Shown: piece by piece, positions 48,059 to 58,061 of the stretch
Numbering within the stretch: the stretch's first letter is position 1
Layout of the letters: each line of letters starts with the position of its first letter
Assembly: GCA_003545435.1 (NCBI GenBank)
Contig: DPYI01000025.1
Location: forward strand, 19,701 to 83,700
Length of the DNA stretch: 64,000 nucleotides
Reading direction: 5' to 3'
Source of the DNA: Patescibacteria group bacterium
GTDB lineage: Bacteria > Patescibacteriota > Microgenomatia > UBA10105 > UBA927
Program-made: the position numbers and the translations under genes
The notes under the pieces: model-generated
What the model saw: the letters and a program-made list of their open reading frames with translations, nothing else
Database searches by the model: none
Told to the model about the DNA's origin: nothing

Positions 48059-50482
48059 ATGAAACGCCTTATTCCCTACGGAATATTGATTGGAATTATT
48101 GCGTTATTTTTTTATAAAACTGTTTTGTTTCAGAAAATTCCTTTTGCAGGAGATCTGTTGCTTACAAGCTATGCGCCATGGCGCCATGTATCGTATTCCG
48201 GCTATGTTGCCGGAGCAGTTCCCTCTAAAGATCAGTATTTTGACGTCCTCAGGGAACTTTACCCATGGAAAACCGAGGTCTTACGTCAAATTCGTGAAAA
48301 AACAATTCCTTTGTGGAATCCATACAACTTTTCCGGCGGTCCGCTTCTTGCAAATTACCAATCGCAGATTTTTTATCCCTTAACCATTCTGTATTTTTTG
48401 CTTCCCCAAATCACTGCCTGGACATTACTCATCATTCTTCAACCAATACTCGGGAGTATATTTACCTATTTATTTGCGACATCTATCGGAATAAGTATGG
48501 GCGGGGCAATCATTGCTGCCGTCGCATTTAATTTTTCCAGCTTTGCCAATGTCTGGATGGAGTTTAATACCGTCTGGCATACAATTTTATGGCTTCCCCT
48601 CCTTCTTTATTTTGTTGAAAAGGGTATAAGAAACAAACATCTTACTGTCATTGAACAGGTTATTTTCGTTTTTGCAGTATTTTCCTCTATGACAGCAGGA
48701 CACCCGCAGGATTTTATCACTATGTTCTTCTTTTTCCTCATATATAAAGCTGCGCGCATCGCATCAGTAAAAAATTGGTCTCTCAAGGAAAAAATTATCC
48801 TTAGTACCCGCTTCCTGATGCTTACGACGATATCTTTTTTATTGGCCGCTCCGCAGCTTTTACCCACCATTGAACTGTTCAAAAATTCTGCCCGCGTCCC
48901 CCATGACTACCAATTTGTCTTAGATACAATACTTTTCCAACCCTGGCAACTGGGTCTTATTGCAGTTCAGGATTTTTTTGGCAATCCTGCAACAAAAACA
49001 TATTTTCTTTCTGATACATATGTCGGAAAAGTACTATCGATAGGCGTTGTGGGATTATTCCTCTCGTTTTTTTCTCCCTATTCTTCAAAACGGAAATGGC
49101 ATAGCACATTTTTTATTTTCGCGTGCATAGGACTGCTTCTTTTTACCTTTAATACGCCGGTTGCCCGGCTGTTTCACCGATATCCGCTACCGATCCTTTC
49201 TACAGGTGCGCCGACAAGAATCCTTTTTCTTTTTTGTCTCTCGCTTTCCGTATTGGGAGGCTTTGGTTTTGATACACTGTTGGGTTCAAAAAAAATTTTC
49301 TGGAAACCCTTGGTGACTATTGGGGTGATTATCGTTTTTCTTTGGGGATTTGCACTTCTTCATCCGCAATTTCCCGGTTTAACATACACCCAACAGTCCT
49401 TTTTAACCATGAAAAAGGCCATACTCTTCTCCACTGGATGTATTGGTCTTTCCATGCTTCTTATGTATGTGGGCATGTATAAACGGATTATACTTTATGG
49501 ATTTATTGTTCTTCTCTGTGGAGAACTATTCTGGGGATTTAATAAATTTAATCCATTTGTCCCAAAAGAGTTTGTATACCCTGATAATCCGCTCCTAACA
49601 TTTTTTCAAGAAAAGGGAGGGGTTGACCGCATATGGGGCTATGGAACAGCACAAATAGAGGCAAATTTTACGACTCAGTACCGGCTTTTTTCTACCGACG
49701 GAACGGACCCCCTCAATCTCAAATGGTATAACGAATTTATCCAGACAAGCCGCGATGGAAATATTGCAAAAACATTCAACCGAACCACCAGATCCGACGC
49801 ATACGTAGCACCGGGATACGGACAACGCGATTTACCCGATAATATATATAGACTGCGTGTCATGGACAGCTTGGGAGTCAAATATATTATCGACCGGACG
49901 GAAAACCCAAAAGACAACACGACATTTTCCGGTGAAAGATTTAAGGAAATCTGGCGCCAACAAGATTGGAAGGTGTATGAAAATCTCAAAGCCGCACCCA
50001 GATATTTCCTCACTGATTCGTTTCTCACCTATGATACCCCTGAGGAATTTGAACAGAAATTCTTTGATCCAACGATCAATCCTAAACAAACAATTCTTCT
50101 TATGAAAAAGGACGGGATTAGTCTCCCTCAACACACAAAGGGGTTGGCAACTGTGGAGTTGGTTTCGTATAAGCCAAATAAAGTATTATTTAAAACGCAT
50201 GCAGACTCAACCAAGCTTCTTTATCTCTCTGATACATACGATACCGGCTGGAAAGCGACTGTTGACACTATGTTAACTCCTGTCTATAGGGCAAACTATG
50301 CATTCCGTGCAGTCATCGTTCCTGCCGGGAACCATACCATCACTTTTTCCTATCAACCGGATTCATTTCTGTGGGGTATGCGGTTTATGTTTCTTGGGAT
50401 AGGCTCAATAACTGCGCTTGTTGGCTTTCAATTGGTTGTTCAGCATAAAAGACGCGATGTTCAAAAAACCAAGAAAAAATAA
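48059..50482 (+). CDS. YfhO-family membrane protein (putative GT-C)
   Basis: D...ELYPWK, PLWNPYNFSGGPLLAN, AGHPQ, QLLPTIE, FFGNPA, C-terminal GWKA.VD...RANYAFRA..VPAG.H. Confidence 0.82.
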   Translation: MKRLIPYGILIGIIALFFYKTVLFQKIPFAGDLLLTSYAPWRHVSYSGYVAGAVPSKDQYFDVLRELYPWKTEVLRQIREKTIPLWNPYNFSGGPLLANYQSQIFYPLTILYFLLPQITAWTLLIILQPILGSIFTYLFATSIGISMGGAIIAAVAFNFSSFANVWMEFNTVWHTILWLPLLLYFVEKGIRNKHLTVIEQVIFVFAVFSSMTAGHPQDFITMFFFFLIYKAARIASVKNWSLKEKIILSTRFLMLTTISFLLAAPQLLPTIELFKNSARVPHDYQFVLDTILFQPWQLGLIAVQDFFGNPATKTYFLSDTYVGKVLSIGVVGLFLSFFSPYSSKRKWHSTFFIFACIGLLLFTFNTPVARLFHRYPLPILSTGAPTRILFLFCLSLSVLGGFGFDTLLGSKKIFWKPLVTIGVIIVFLWGFALLHPQFPGLTYTQQSFLTMKKAILFSTGCIGLSMLLMYVGMYKRIILYGFIVLLCGELFWGFNKFNPFVPKEFVYPDNPLLTFFQEKGGVDRIWGYGTAQIEANFTTQYRLFSTDGTDPLNLKWYNEFIQTSRDGNIAKTFNRTTRSDAYVAPGYGQRDLPDNIYRLRVMDSLGVKYIIDRTENPKDNTTFSGERFKEIWRQQDWKVYENLKAAPRYFLTDSFLTYDTPEEFEQKFFDPTINPKQTILLMKKDGISLPQHTKGLATVELVSYKPNKVLFKTHADSTKLLYLSDTYDTGWKATVDTMLTPVYRANYAFRAVIVPAGNHTITFSYQPDSFLWGMRFMFLGIGSITALVGFQLVVQHKRRDVQKTKKK

Positions 50483-52729
50483 AGAAACAGCGCTTATCCA
50501 TATTCCAATCGTATAAGACAAAGGAGTATATCTCAATACAACTTCTGATTCTCCGGCAGGCACCAATACTGCCCGAAAATTATAATTTGCCCTATAGAGA
50601 TGTTCTTTTTTCCCATTCACTGTAACCGTCCAGCCCGGAGTATGCGCATCCGATATATAAAAAAGGGCAGGCGTATCGGTTATAACCAAAAAACGTTGAC
50701 TGTTTACGTCAGAAGAACGGAGCTCTGCTGATCCCGTGCCTGTTGATAATTCCTTTTCTAAGGACTCCTCAAGGAGTACCGTCGTCCTCAAGTCGGTTTT
50801 TTTATTTCGTATGTCTTCAAGAATCGCCTTTCCGGACAATCCGGACTGCGCCTGATAGAAAAGGCCGAATCTCGGATGGGCATCCTTATTTATATACACA
50901 TCGTGACGTTCATCTTTATAAACCGGACTAAAATTATTCTGAAATAATAAAGAGCCGAAATAAGCAATGGAGGGGTTGTTACCATCTATGGTAACAACGT
51001 AGGATACCCCTAGAACATCAAAAAGATATTTCAGGTTCTTCGTGAAAGCAAATTGATAGTTATTTGTAGGAAAATCCTCCTGTGCTTTTCCCTCAAGAGC
51101 TTTTAATAGTTCGGCGGTTCGGGACAAATACAGCGGATTATATGTTTCTATGCTGAAAATATGTAAGACTGAAGGCACTTCACCCCCTACCAAACCATAC
51201 GTTCTTTGCAGAGTCCCTTCCGTTTTTTCTCTCACAAACTGAACAACCGGAATGTCCGGATACATAAATTTACTATTGGAAAACGTCAAAAATCGGTACC
51301 CCATCCGAAAAAGATCAAAATAGCTTAAGGCAAGAATTGCTACAACGAAGATACATCCTGTTAGGTAATATTTTTTACGTTTGTACATATATAAGCCTAG
51401 AATGACAAAAAATGTGCATGCGACAGCTACAGAAAACTTCAGGTTTCTTACCGTAGCACCGAAAAATACTATATATGTATTCAAAACATACGCCCCGGCA
51501 CATAATACCAGTATTCCGATGATATATGCCGCCGTCCATCTGAGCATCCGCCGATTATTCTGATTTTTCCGAAAAATATCCAATCCGTACCCGGAAAGAA
51601 CCGCGCCTGAAAAAAGCGCGATGAAAAAAAGTCTTCCTCCTGAACCGCTTGTTACAAGGGGAATATGAAGATATGAAAGGAGCAATCCAAACGGCCACAT
51701 AGAAAATACTATGGATAGGACAAATATAATTCCAAAAAAACGGATCGTCGGATCATTTCTTATGCGCGAAAACGCAAACAGCGTAAAAAACAGAGGCACC
51801 AGTCCGTAATATCCGCCTGTTTCGATATACCCGACATGAAGATCCATTGATGCCGGGTGGCCGAATATATCAGGAGAAAAAATCCGAAGTAACTCCTGCG
51901 GACGGATCAAGCCTTCAGAAAAAAGCGTTTTCGTCAATCCCATTCCCCTTCCTGACAAAGAAAACAGTTCTATGCCCGGTATAAGCTGTACTGCCGCAAT
52001 TCCGCATCCGATGATCATCGCACAGAAAATCATCAGAACGTCTTTCCAGGAACTTCGGTAAGATCGACCGATGAAAAAAACGAAAGCAATGACTATTCCA
52101 TATTCATATGCGACCATTTGCAGGTGCCCGGCAAAGAAGGCAAACGCAATACCGATGCTAAGTCCGGTTAAGTATACCCATTGCTTTTTTGCAAGATATT
52201 CATATGCACAGTAACAAAGAAACGGCAACCATATAAGCGTATGTCCATCCGATCCGAATTCTAAAAATCCGACCATGAGTGAAGAATACGCAAAAGCAAC
52301 TGACGCCAACAAACTTCCCCCTACGGAAACAGCTAATTTCCGCATCAAAAGATAACAGAAAAAGAATGCAAGGAAAAGCTGAAAAAACAACAATGCGTTC
52401 CACGCTGATATTTCACCGAACATGAAAAGAAGGTTAAACGGATAAAAAACCATTGGCTTCATACTCGCCATGAAAGGCATTCCGGTAAATTGATACGGAT
52501 TCCATAAAGGAATTATTCCATGCGTCAAAGATGCAAATGTCATATGGCGCCAGGGATACATCTGGATAACACTATCAAGCATGTAGGAATTTTTTATGAG
52601 AATTTGACTGGCCAATAACCAAGGAGCTGAATTGCATACAAGAAGATCAAGCGGCAGAAGTATAAGTCCAGAAAATATTGGATAGATAAAAATCAAAGAC
52701 GCGATAATTCCAATAATAAATCCAACCAT
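50405..52729 (-). CDS. YfhO-family membrane protein (putative GT-C)
   Basis: D...QMYPWR, PLWNPY..GMP, AGHLQ, QLIP..E, PGW...RANYNFRAV.VPAG. Confidence 0.82.
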   Translation of the reverse strand: MVGFIIGIIASLIFIYPIFSGLILLPLDLLVCNSAPWLLASQILIKNSYMLDSVIQMYPWRHMTFASLTHGIIPLWNPYQFTGMPFMASMKPMVFYPFNLLFMFGEISAWNALLFFQLFLAFFFCYLLMRKLAVSVGGSLLASVAFAYSSLMVGFLEFGSDGHTLIWLPFLCYCAYEYLAKKQWVYLTGLSIGIAFAFFAGHLQMVAYEYGIVIAFVFFIGRSYRSSWKDVLMIFCAMIIGCGIAAVQLIPGIELFSLSGRGMGLTKTLFSEGLIRPQELLRIFSPDIFGHPASMDLHVGYIETGGYYGLVPLFFTLFAFSRIRNDPTIRFFGIIFVLSIVFSMWPFGLLLSYLHIPLVTSGSGGRLFFIALFSGAVLSGYGLDIFRKNQNNRRMLRWTAAYIIGILVLCAGAYVLNTYIVFFGATVRNLKFSVAVACTFFVILGLYMYKRKKYYLTGCIFVVAILALSYFDLFRMGYRFLTFSNSKFMYPDIPVVQFVREKTEGTLQRTYGLVGGEVPSVLHIFSIETYNPLYLSRTAELLKALEGKAQEDFPTNNYQFAFTKNLKYLFDVLGVSYVVTIDGNNPSIAYFGSLLFQNNFSPVYKDERHDVYINKDAHPRFGLFYQAQSGLSGKAILEDIRNKKTDLRTTVLLEESLEKELSTGTGSAELRSSDVNSQRFLVITDTPALFYISDAHTPGWTVTVNGKKEHLYRANYNFRAVLVPAGESEVVLRYTPLSYTIGIWISAVSLFFLGFLNIASFMLNNQLKANKRSY

Positions 52730-52753
52730 ATAATTCAGATAGTATATCAGAAA

Positions 52754-54106
52754 TTATATATTCCTTTTTTCTTTTTTTGGAAATGTCATGTTCGGAAATA
52801 CTGTTGATACATAAAAAACAACAGCAATAAGTACGATAAAGATGCTTATCAGCCATTGAACATGTTTCTGTCCCCATACAGCATAAGGAAAACCGGCGAG
52901 TAGAAAGGGGTGATATACGATATACATATTTATAAAATGAAGGATGCTTAAGGCGAAAAGTCCTGCCATATACCATGGTAAGCATACCGCAAGAATTGTC
53001 AACAATGGAAAAATCGGATACATATATCTTTCGTGCATGCGAGGCAGTACTAAAAATGCAAGAAGCGAGATTATGAATAAATTCCGAATAAGAAAGATGG
53101 TTGAAATTTTTTTTTGAAGAAGATTCAATGCAATTGGTATGAGAAATATAAAAAATATCAGTATCCCATACCAAAAAAGAGGAATACCGTAAAACGCGGA
53201 TGTGTCGCTTGGCGATCCAACCAAATGCATAACGGAAAAGTGAAAAGAATCTTCTATCCCTTCCGGAATTGCATGCGGACGAAATATCATCCACCACACA
53301 TTCAATGCATACGCTGTGATATTTGTCATCTCACCTATTGCGTTATTTTTAATAAACAGAGATATCCATATTAAAGGATTATTGTTTACCGGCAAGGTAA
53401 AAATAAATACAAAACATATCGCAGGAATCAGATATGTGATGTATTTCCCTTTTGGCATATTTTTCCACCACAGAAGGAGCATGAACGGTAGATTGTAGAG
53501 TAATGATAACTTTGTGTAGATACTGAGTAGAAACAACAGTATGCTGGGAAATATTTTTTTATTAAGCAAAAAGTATAGCGAGGCGATAAAAAAGCAATTT
53601 ACTACTGCATCCATCTGGCCCCAGACAGTGCTGTTATAGATAATCACTGGGTTAAAAAGAAATAATCCCATTCCGATATACGGCTGTAGAACATTGGGTG
53701 TAATTTTTTTTAAAATAAAGTAAATGGCGCTTCCGATAATAAGATCAGACAGTATAGGCGGAACACGGAATAAGAGAGTAATCAGGGTTACATTTAACCA
53801 TGGCAGAGATCCTGCAGGCACATGCATCACAGCTAAAACAATTTTACTGATTTGTATACCTATAAAATACATGCACGATAGGATATAGAGAAGGCCCGGA
53901 GGCTGGTTGTTTGGAAGCGTTCCGAATTGAAGGTGTGCGGATTTATACGTATCTGCAAATCCATAAAGGAACGCGATGCGTGCCCAATCTTTATACCGAA
54001 GTATGTCGGTATGTTCGCGTATATCTATAATATGAGACAGGATAACAATACGAAGTAATAATGCTAAAACTATTATAAAAATAAGCCAAAAATATTTTTT
54101 TCTCAT
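52754..54106 (-). CDS. GT-C glycosyltransferase (GT87/PIG-M-like group)
   Basis: TDILRY..W, NQPP, FNP..IYNS.VWGQMD, RMHERY. Confidence 0.7.
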   Translation of the reverse strand: MRKKYFWLIFIIVLALLLRIVILSHIIDIREHTDILRYKDWARIAFLYGFADTYKSAHLQFGTLPNNQPPGLLYILSCMYFIGIQISKIVLAVMHVPAGSLPWLNVTLITLLFRVPPILSDLIIGSAIYFILKKITPNVLQPYIGMGLFLFNPVIIYNSTVWGQMDAVVNCFFIASLYFLLNKKIFPSILLFLLSIYTKLSLLYNLPFMLLLWWKNMPKGKYITYLIPAICFVFIFTLPVNNNPLIWISLFIKNNAIGEMTNITAYALNVWWMIFRPHAIPEGIEDSFHFSVMHLVGSPSDTSAFYGIPLFWYGILIFFIFLIPIALNLLQKKISTIFLIRNLFIISLLAFLVLPRMHERYMYPIFPLLTILAVCLPWYMAGLFALSILHFINMYIVYHPFLLAGFPYAVWGQKHVQWLISIFIVLIAVVFYVSTVFPNMTFPKKEKRNI

Positions 54107-56496
54107 TTTTTCAATCGTAAAATGAAAAATATCCCGATAAGAATAGCTGTGCATACGGATAGCAAGCTTCCGAGTGTAATCGAATTTGGCTGATATGTAA
54201 AAATAATAGTATGCTCACCTTCAGGAACTGATATTGCCCGAAATGCATAATTTGCCCTATAGATTTTTACTTCTTTATCATCCACAAATGCTCTCCATCC
54301 AGGATAGTAATTATCTGTTATGACCAGAAGTCCATCAGATGGAGATGCCACGCGTAGGGACAGAAAATTCTCCTTGTATGAAATTATTCCTACGACGGCG
54401 TTATCTGTATTGATTTTAGCATTCGTTTCATTTTTTCCTTTAATAGGTTCTTCTATGAGTACGGTTTTCGTCGGATCGAATGAATCGTCAAATAATCGTT
54501 CTAATAGAAGATCATCGTCAGCAATCACCTCTGAATCAGCCAATACAGAAATATGGGGAAGCATTGACGTGTTTTTTGCAATAATCCATGTATCATCTTC
54601 CCAGAGAATTTGACCAGAGTTTATTTGCTTCTTGTGATACTCCTCTTTTTTGTAAAGCACATTTCCTACGCTAACCAACTGCATGAGCCGTGCTATTCTT
54701 TTCTGCATAATCGGATTGCCTTCATCCCATCCGCTGAAGGTAACATCACTTCTGGTCAAACCTTTGGATGTGTCTCCTGTCTTTGCCCAGGAGAATAATT
54801 CTCCATATCTCTTAAGATAAAGCGGTTCGTAATACTGTGGGTCAAAAAAACGGAAGTATGATGCGATGTTTGTCGGAATCTCAGCATCGCCCACTCCGAC
54901 AATGCGATCGTATACTGTCAATTGTTTTATGCGGTCAATAACTTCTACAGAAGGTAATATGCGGGATTCAGAAGAAAACGGGAGAAATTTATTCGCATTA
55001 TATAATCCGGAAAAACAATAAATACTCATTATCATCAGTGCCGCAAAAATCCCGATTTTTTTGTACAGCCAAACTCCAAAAAGTGCAATACCGAACACAA
55101 CACACTCTAATATGATATTCCTTGCGGTCGTATCCCGTAATGCAACGAGCCAGCAATTGTGAGTAACTGAATCTAAACATGATACATGGGTAGAGGCGGA
55201 AAAAAGAGTAAAAATAACAATAATGCTTATAATCCCTATACACATCAATGCCGGCTTACGAAGCGGTACCTTCCCCTTCAAAAAGTTATCAAATCCCATT
55301 CCTGCCAATATGGCTATTGAAAATGCAGTAAGGAAAAAAAATCTAGACGGAATACCTGTTCCGATTATCGGGATAGGCAGACTATATATCCATCTGGATA
55401 AAGGCCAATTGAGTGTCAAAAGGAACGTCAGACATATGACAATTTCATAAAATAGCCTGACATACCTCCTTTTATCCAATACATTCTTTCCTATCAATAC
55501 CGTTACAAAAAAAATGGGTATCATGCCCATATAGAGGGCTGTTTCAACGTAATCTTTTCTTTCCCAGAAATTATACGTTGCGGGATTGCCGAAAAAATTT
55601 GGTATAAAGAGCGTTATGAAGTGATCTATCGGGAGCAAAAACCGATCAAATATAAACTGTGAGGCGCTGTGCGTCATGTTTGAATTTCTATACAATTCCA
55701 ACGTGGGAAGAAGCTGAACAGCCGAAAGACCCATTCCTAAAAGGAATGATGCCCCAAGAGGAAAAATTGAAATGCGTTCCATACGGCATAGAGAGAGTGC
55801 ATAGCATCCGCTTATCAAAAGAACATACAGTACCATCTGCGGTTGTCCTGATATCATCATAAAAAAGACCATACATGGAATCAAAAACAACAATTTTGTT
55901 GAGGTATTTTCCCTATACTGTTCAATGATTGCCAAAATATAGGGAAGACACGAAGCAACATAGAGATATTCTCCGAATTCGTATCTCACGACTGCAAAAC
56001 CGGATAGCAAAAACGTAACAATGCTAAATACCGATGCGATTCTTGAAAATCCCAGTTTCCTCGTATACCACCAGCACCCGAGAGAAAAGAGAATCGGCTG
56101 AAGCATAATATACATTGTCCAGGCTGCGTGTCCGGTAAATAAAAGAAATAAAAGCGTTGTCGGAGTAAAAAATCCGGCATGCATAGTAGCCAGTAGTGGC
56201 ATACCGCTTCCGTTATACGGATTCCAAAGCGGCAAGGAACCGTTCTGTATACTCTCCTTTATGAGAATTTTATAGGGATAGAGCTGACGGAATACATCAT
56301 CCAGCACCGGTTTATGCGCTATTCCTAAAGATCTTGCGTAGGACGTCTCGCTTTTCCACGGTTCGTACCAAGCGATAAGATAATTCCCCGGAAAGGGAAT
56401 CATCCCAATAAAGGACTTCCAGAAAAGAAGTACGGTGATTCCCAGAGATATGGCTATAGGAAAAATAATTCGAAACACCGACTTTTTGGAAATCAT
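54103..56496 (-). CDS. YfhO-family membrane protein (putative GT-C)
   Basis: DD..RQLYP, PLWNPYNGSGMPLLA, SGQPQ, QLLPTLE, FFGNPAT, YYPGW...RANYAFRA. Confidence 0.82.
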   Translation of the reverse strand: MISKKSVFRIIFPIAISLGITVLLFWKSFIGMIPFPGNYLIAWYEPWKSETSYARSLGIAHKPVLDDVFRQLYPYKILIKESIQNGSLPLWNPYNGSGMPLLATMHAGFFTPTTLLFLLFTGHAAWTMYIMLQPILFSLGCWWYTRKLGFSRIASVFSIVTFLLSGFAVVRYEFGEYLYVASCLPYILAIIEQYRENTSTKLLFLIPCMVFFMMISGQPQMVLYVLLISGCYALSLCRMERISIFPLGASFLLGMGLSAVQLLPTLELYRNSNMTHSASQFIFDRFLLPIDHFITLFIPNFFGNPATYNFWERKDYVETALYMGMIPIFFVTVLIGKNVLDKRRYVRLFYEIVICLTFLLTLNWPLSRWIYSLPIPIIGTGIPSRFFFLTAFSIAILAGMGFDNFLKGKVPLRKPALMCIGIISIIVIFTLFSASTHVSCLDSVTHNCWLVALRDTTARNIILECVVFGIALFGVWLYKKIGIFAALMIMSIYCFSGLYNANKFLPFSSESRILPSVEVIDRIKQLTVYDRIVGVGDAEIPTNIASYFRFFDPQYYEPLYLKRYGELFSWAKTGDTSKGLTRSDVTFSGWDEGNPIMQKRIARLMQLVSVGNVLYKKEEYHKKQINSGQILWEDDTWIIAKNTSMLPHISVLADSEVIADDDLLLERLFDDSFDPTKTVLIEEPIKGKNETNAKINTDNAVVGIISYKENFLSLRVASPSDGLLVITDNYYPGWRAFVDDKEVKIYRANYAFRAISVPEGEHTIIFTYQPNSITLGSLLSVCTAILIGIFFILRLKK

Positions 56497-56509
56497 GATA
56501 GTATGGCGT

Positions 56510-57982
56510 TTATTGCACCAGTTGTCGCCACTCTTCCGTCCATGCATAAATAGATGACGGATTGATGCGTATCCACTGTTCTTCGACAAGACGGGCACTG
56601 GATGAAGCTGAAAGGTCTGCTATCGTTCCTGAAGCCGTCGAAATAATCGGCGCAAGAAGACCATCCTGTGTCCTTCTTCGTGTAAAACCAATTGCTCTCC
56701 CCTCATCGGATAACAGATTTTTTTCATCCATATAAAGAACAATAGGTACTGACCTTGGTGCTTCTTCATATTTCCAATCATAAAAAGCAAATGTTTCACC
56801 CGGATACATCTGAGTGAGCATACTACGAACCTCTTTTGACGCTCTTGCTGTCAAATTGATGTGTTCAGAAAACACTTCATTTCCCGTTTTCATCATGGTA
56901 AACACAAAAACAACGAAAATCAGTGCTATGCCGAGATGTCGTTTGATGCAGTATACCCGATACAGCACCCAGGCCGTAATCAAAATGATGAACGGATGAG
57001 TGAATGTGATAAAACTGGAGTAAATCGGAACCCTGGTATATCTGACGAGCACAGTCATGAATCCAAACGAAAGAAATATAAAAAGCCAAGATGTATTCAT
57101 CTTCTTTCGGATTATTTGCAGCACAAAAAAACCAACAGCCAATACCGCAATCAGAATGGCAATCTGTGGAAGTCCGCCGATAATATGCGCCCATTCTTTC
57201 GGCCAAAATTCCGATAAGTATGTAAGCCACCGTCTTCCCAGAACATCAAGTGATATGTTAAATTGATCAAATCTGTAATAATATATCATGTTTTTAATAT
57301 TCACAAATTCATTCGATGTATCCCAAAGAACTATAGGAAGCATCGGAAGAAGCGCTCCAAAAAGAGCAATCAATAAAAATCGTATTTTCGTTTTTCCTCC
57401 TAATATAAATGCCATAAGAACCGGTATTCCCAACGACATACCCTGAAGATGGATCGACGCTCCGAAACCGGCAAAAAAACCCATTCCGAATGCCGAAAGC
57501 AAAGTCTTTTTTTTCATATACCAGATGGCGCAAACAATGGTAAGGAAAGAAAAAATAGGAATTGGGGTTTGATTGGTCAGATTTACTGACTGGGCAATCT
57601 GAGCAGTCGAGAGAGCAGTCAGACCGGCAAGCAGCAAACCGAAAAAACCATTTTCCATTCTTTTCCCCAACATTCCCATTCCGATAATGAGAAGTCCATA
57701 CAATGCCGTTAAAAAAATCCAGGGGGATACAACTGAATATCTACATATGACGGTCGGAACCATGAGCAGCCAGTACCACGTTCCGGAAGTCTGAAATGGT
57801 CCTGCTGAGGAAAACGGACCAACTAACGGAATTTTGCCTTCCTTCAGGGCTTCACGGGCAACAATAGCATCATGAGCCTGATCGTATGCAAGGCCAAAAC
57901 GTTCAGAATAATTCCAAAACCTCAATATGCATCCCAATAGAGTAATGCTAAAAAGAACAATAAGAAATGTATTTTTTTTCAT
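56510..57982 (-). CDS. GT-C glycosyltransferase (DQ group)
   Basis: LRF..AYDQAHDA, PLVGPFSSAG....WYW, about 11 TMs. Confidence 0.7.
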   Translation of the reverse strand: MKKNTFLIVLFSITLLGCILRFWNYSERFGLAYDQAHDAIVAREALKEGKIPLVGPFSSAGPFQTSGTWYWLLMVPTVICRYSVVSPWIFLTALYGLLIIGMGMLGKRMENGFFGLLLAGLTALSTAQIAQSVNLTNQTPIPIFSFLTIVCAIWYMKKKTLLSAFGMGFFAGFGASIHLQGMSLGIPVLMAFILGGKTKIRFLLIALFGALLPMLPIVLWDTSNEFVNIKNMIYYYRFDQFNISLDVLGRRWLTYLSEFWPKEWAHIIGGLPQIAILIAVLAVGFFVLQIIRKKMNTSWLFIFLSFGFMTVLVRYTRVPIYSSFITFTHPFIILITAWVLYRVYCIKRHLGIALIFVVFVFTMMKTGNEVFSEHINLTARASKEVRSMLTQMYPGETFAFYDWKYEEAPRSVPIVLYMDEKNLLSDEGRAIGFTRRRTQDGLLAPIISTASGTIADLSASSSARLVEEQWIRINPSSIYAWTEEWRQLVQ

Positions 57983-58061
57983 AACTACTGCATAAGATGA
58001 ATATCTCTTAATTCCTATTCTTTTATAATTGATAATAGTATACTACGCTTATATACCTTTC

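Noticed and set aside
52647-53297. 216-aa alternative-frame ORF and the many other short overlapping ORFs in the track
   Set aside because: They overlap motif-bearing genes in other frames or strands and show no recognisable features.
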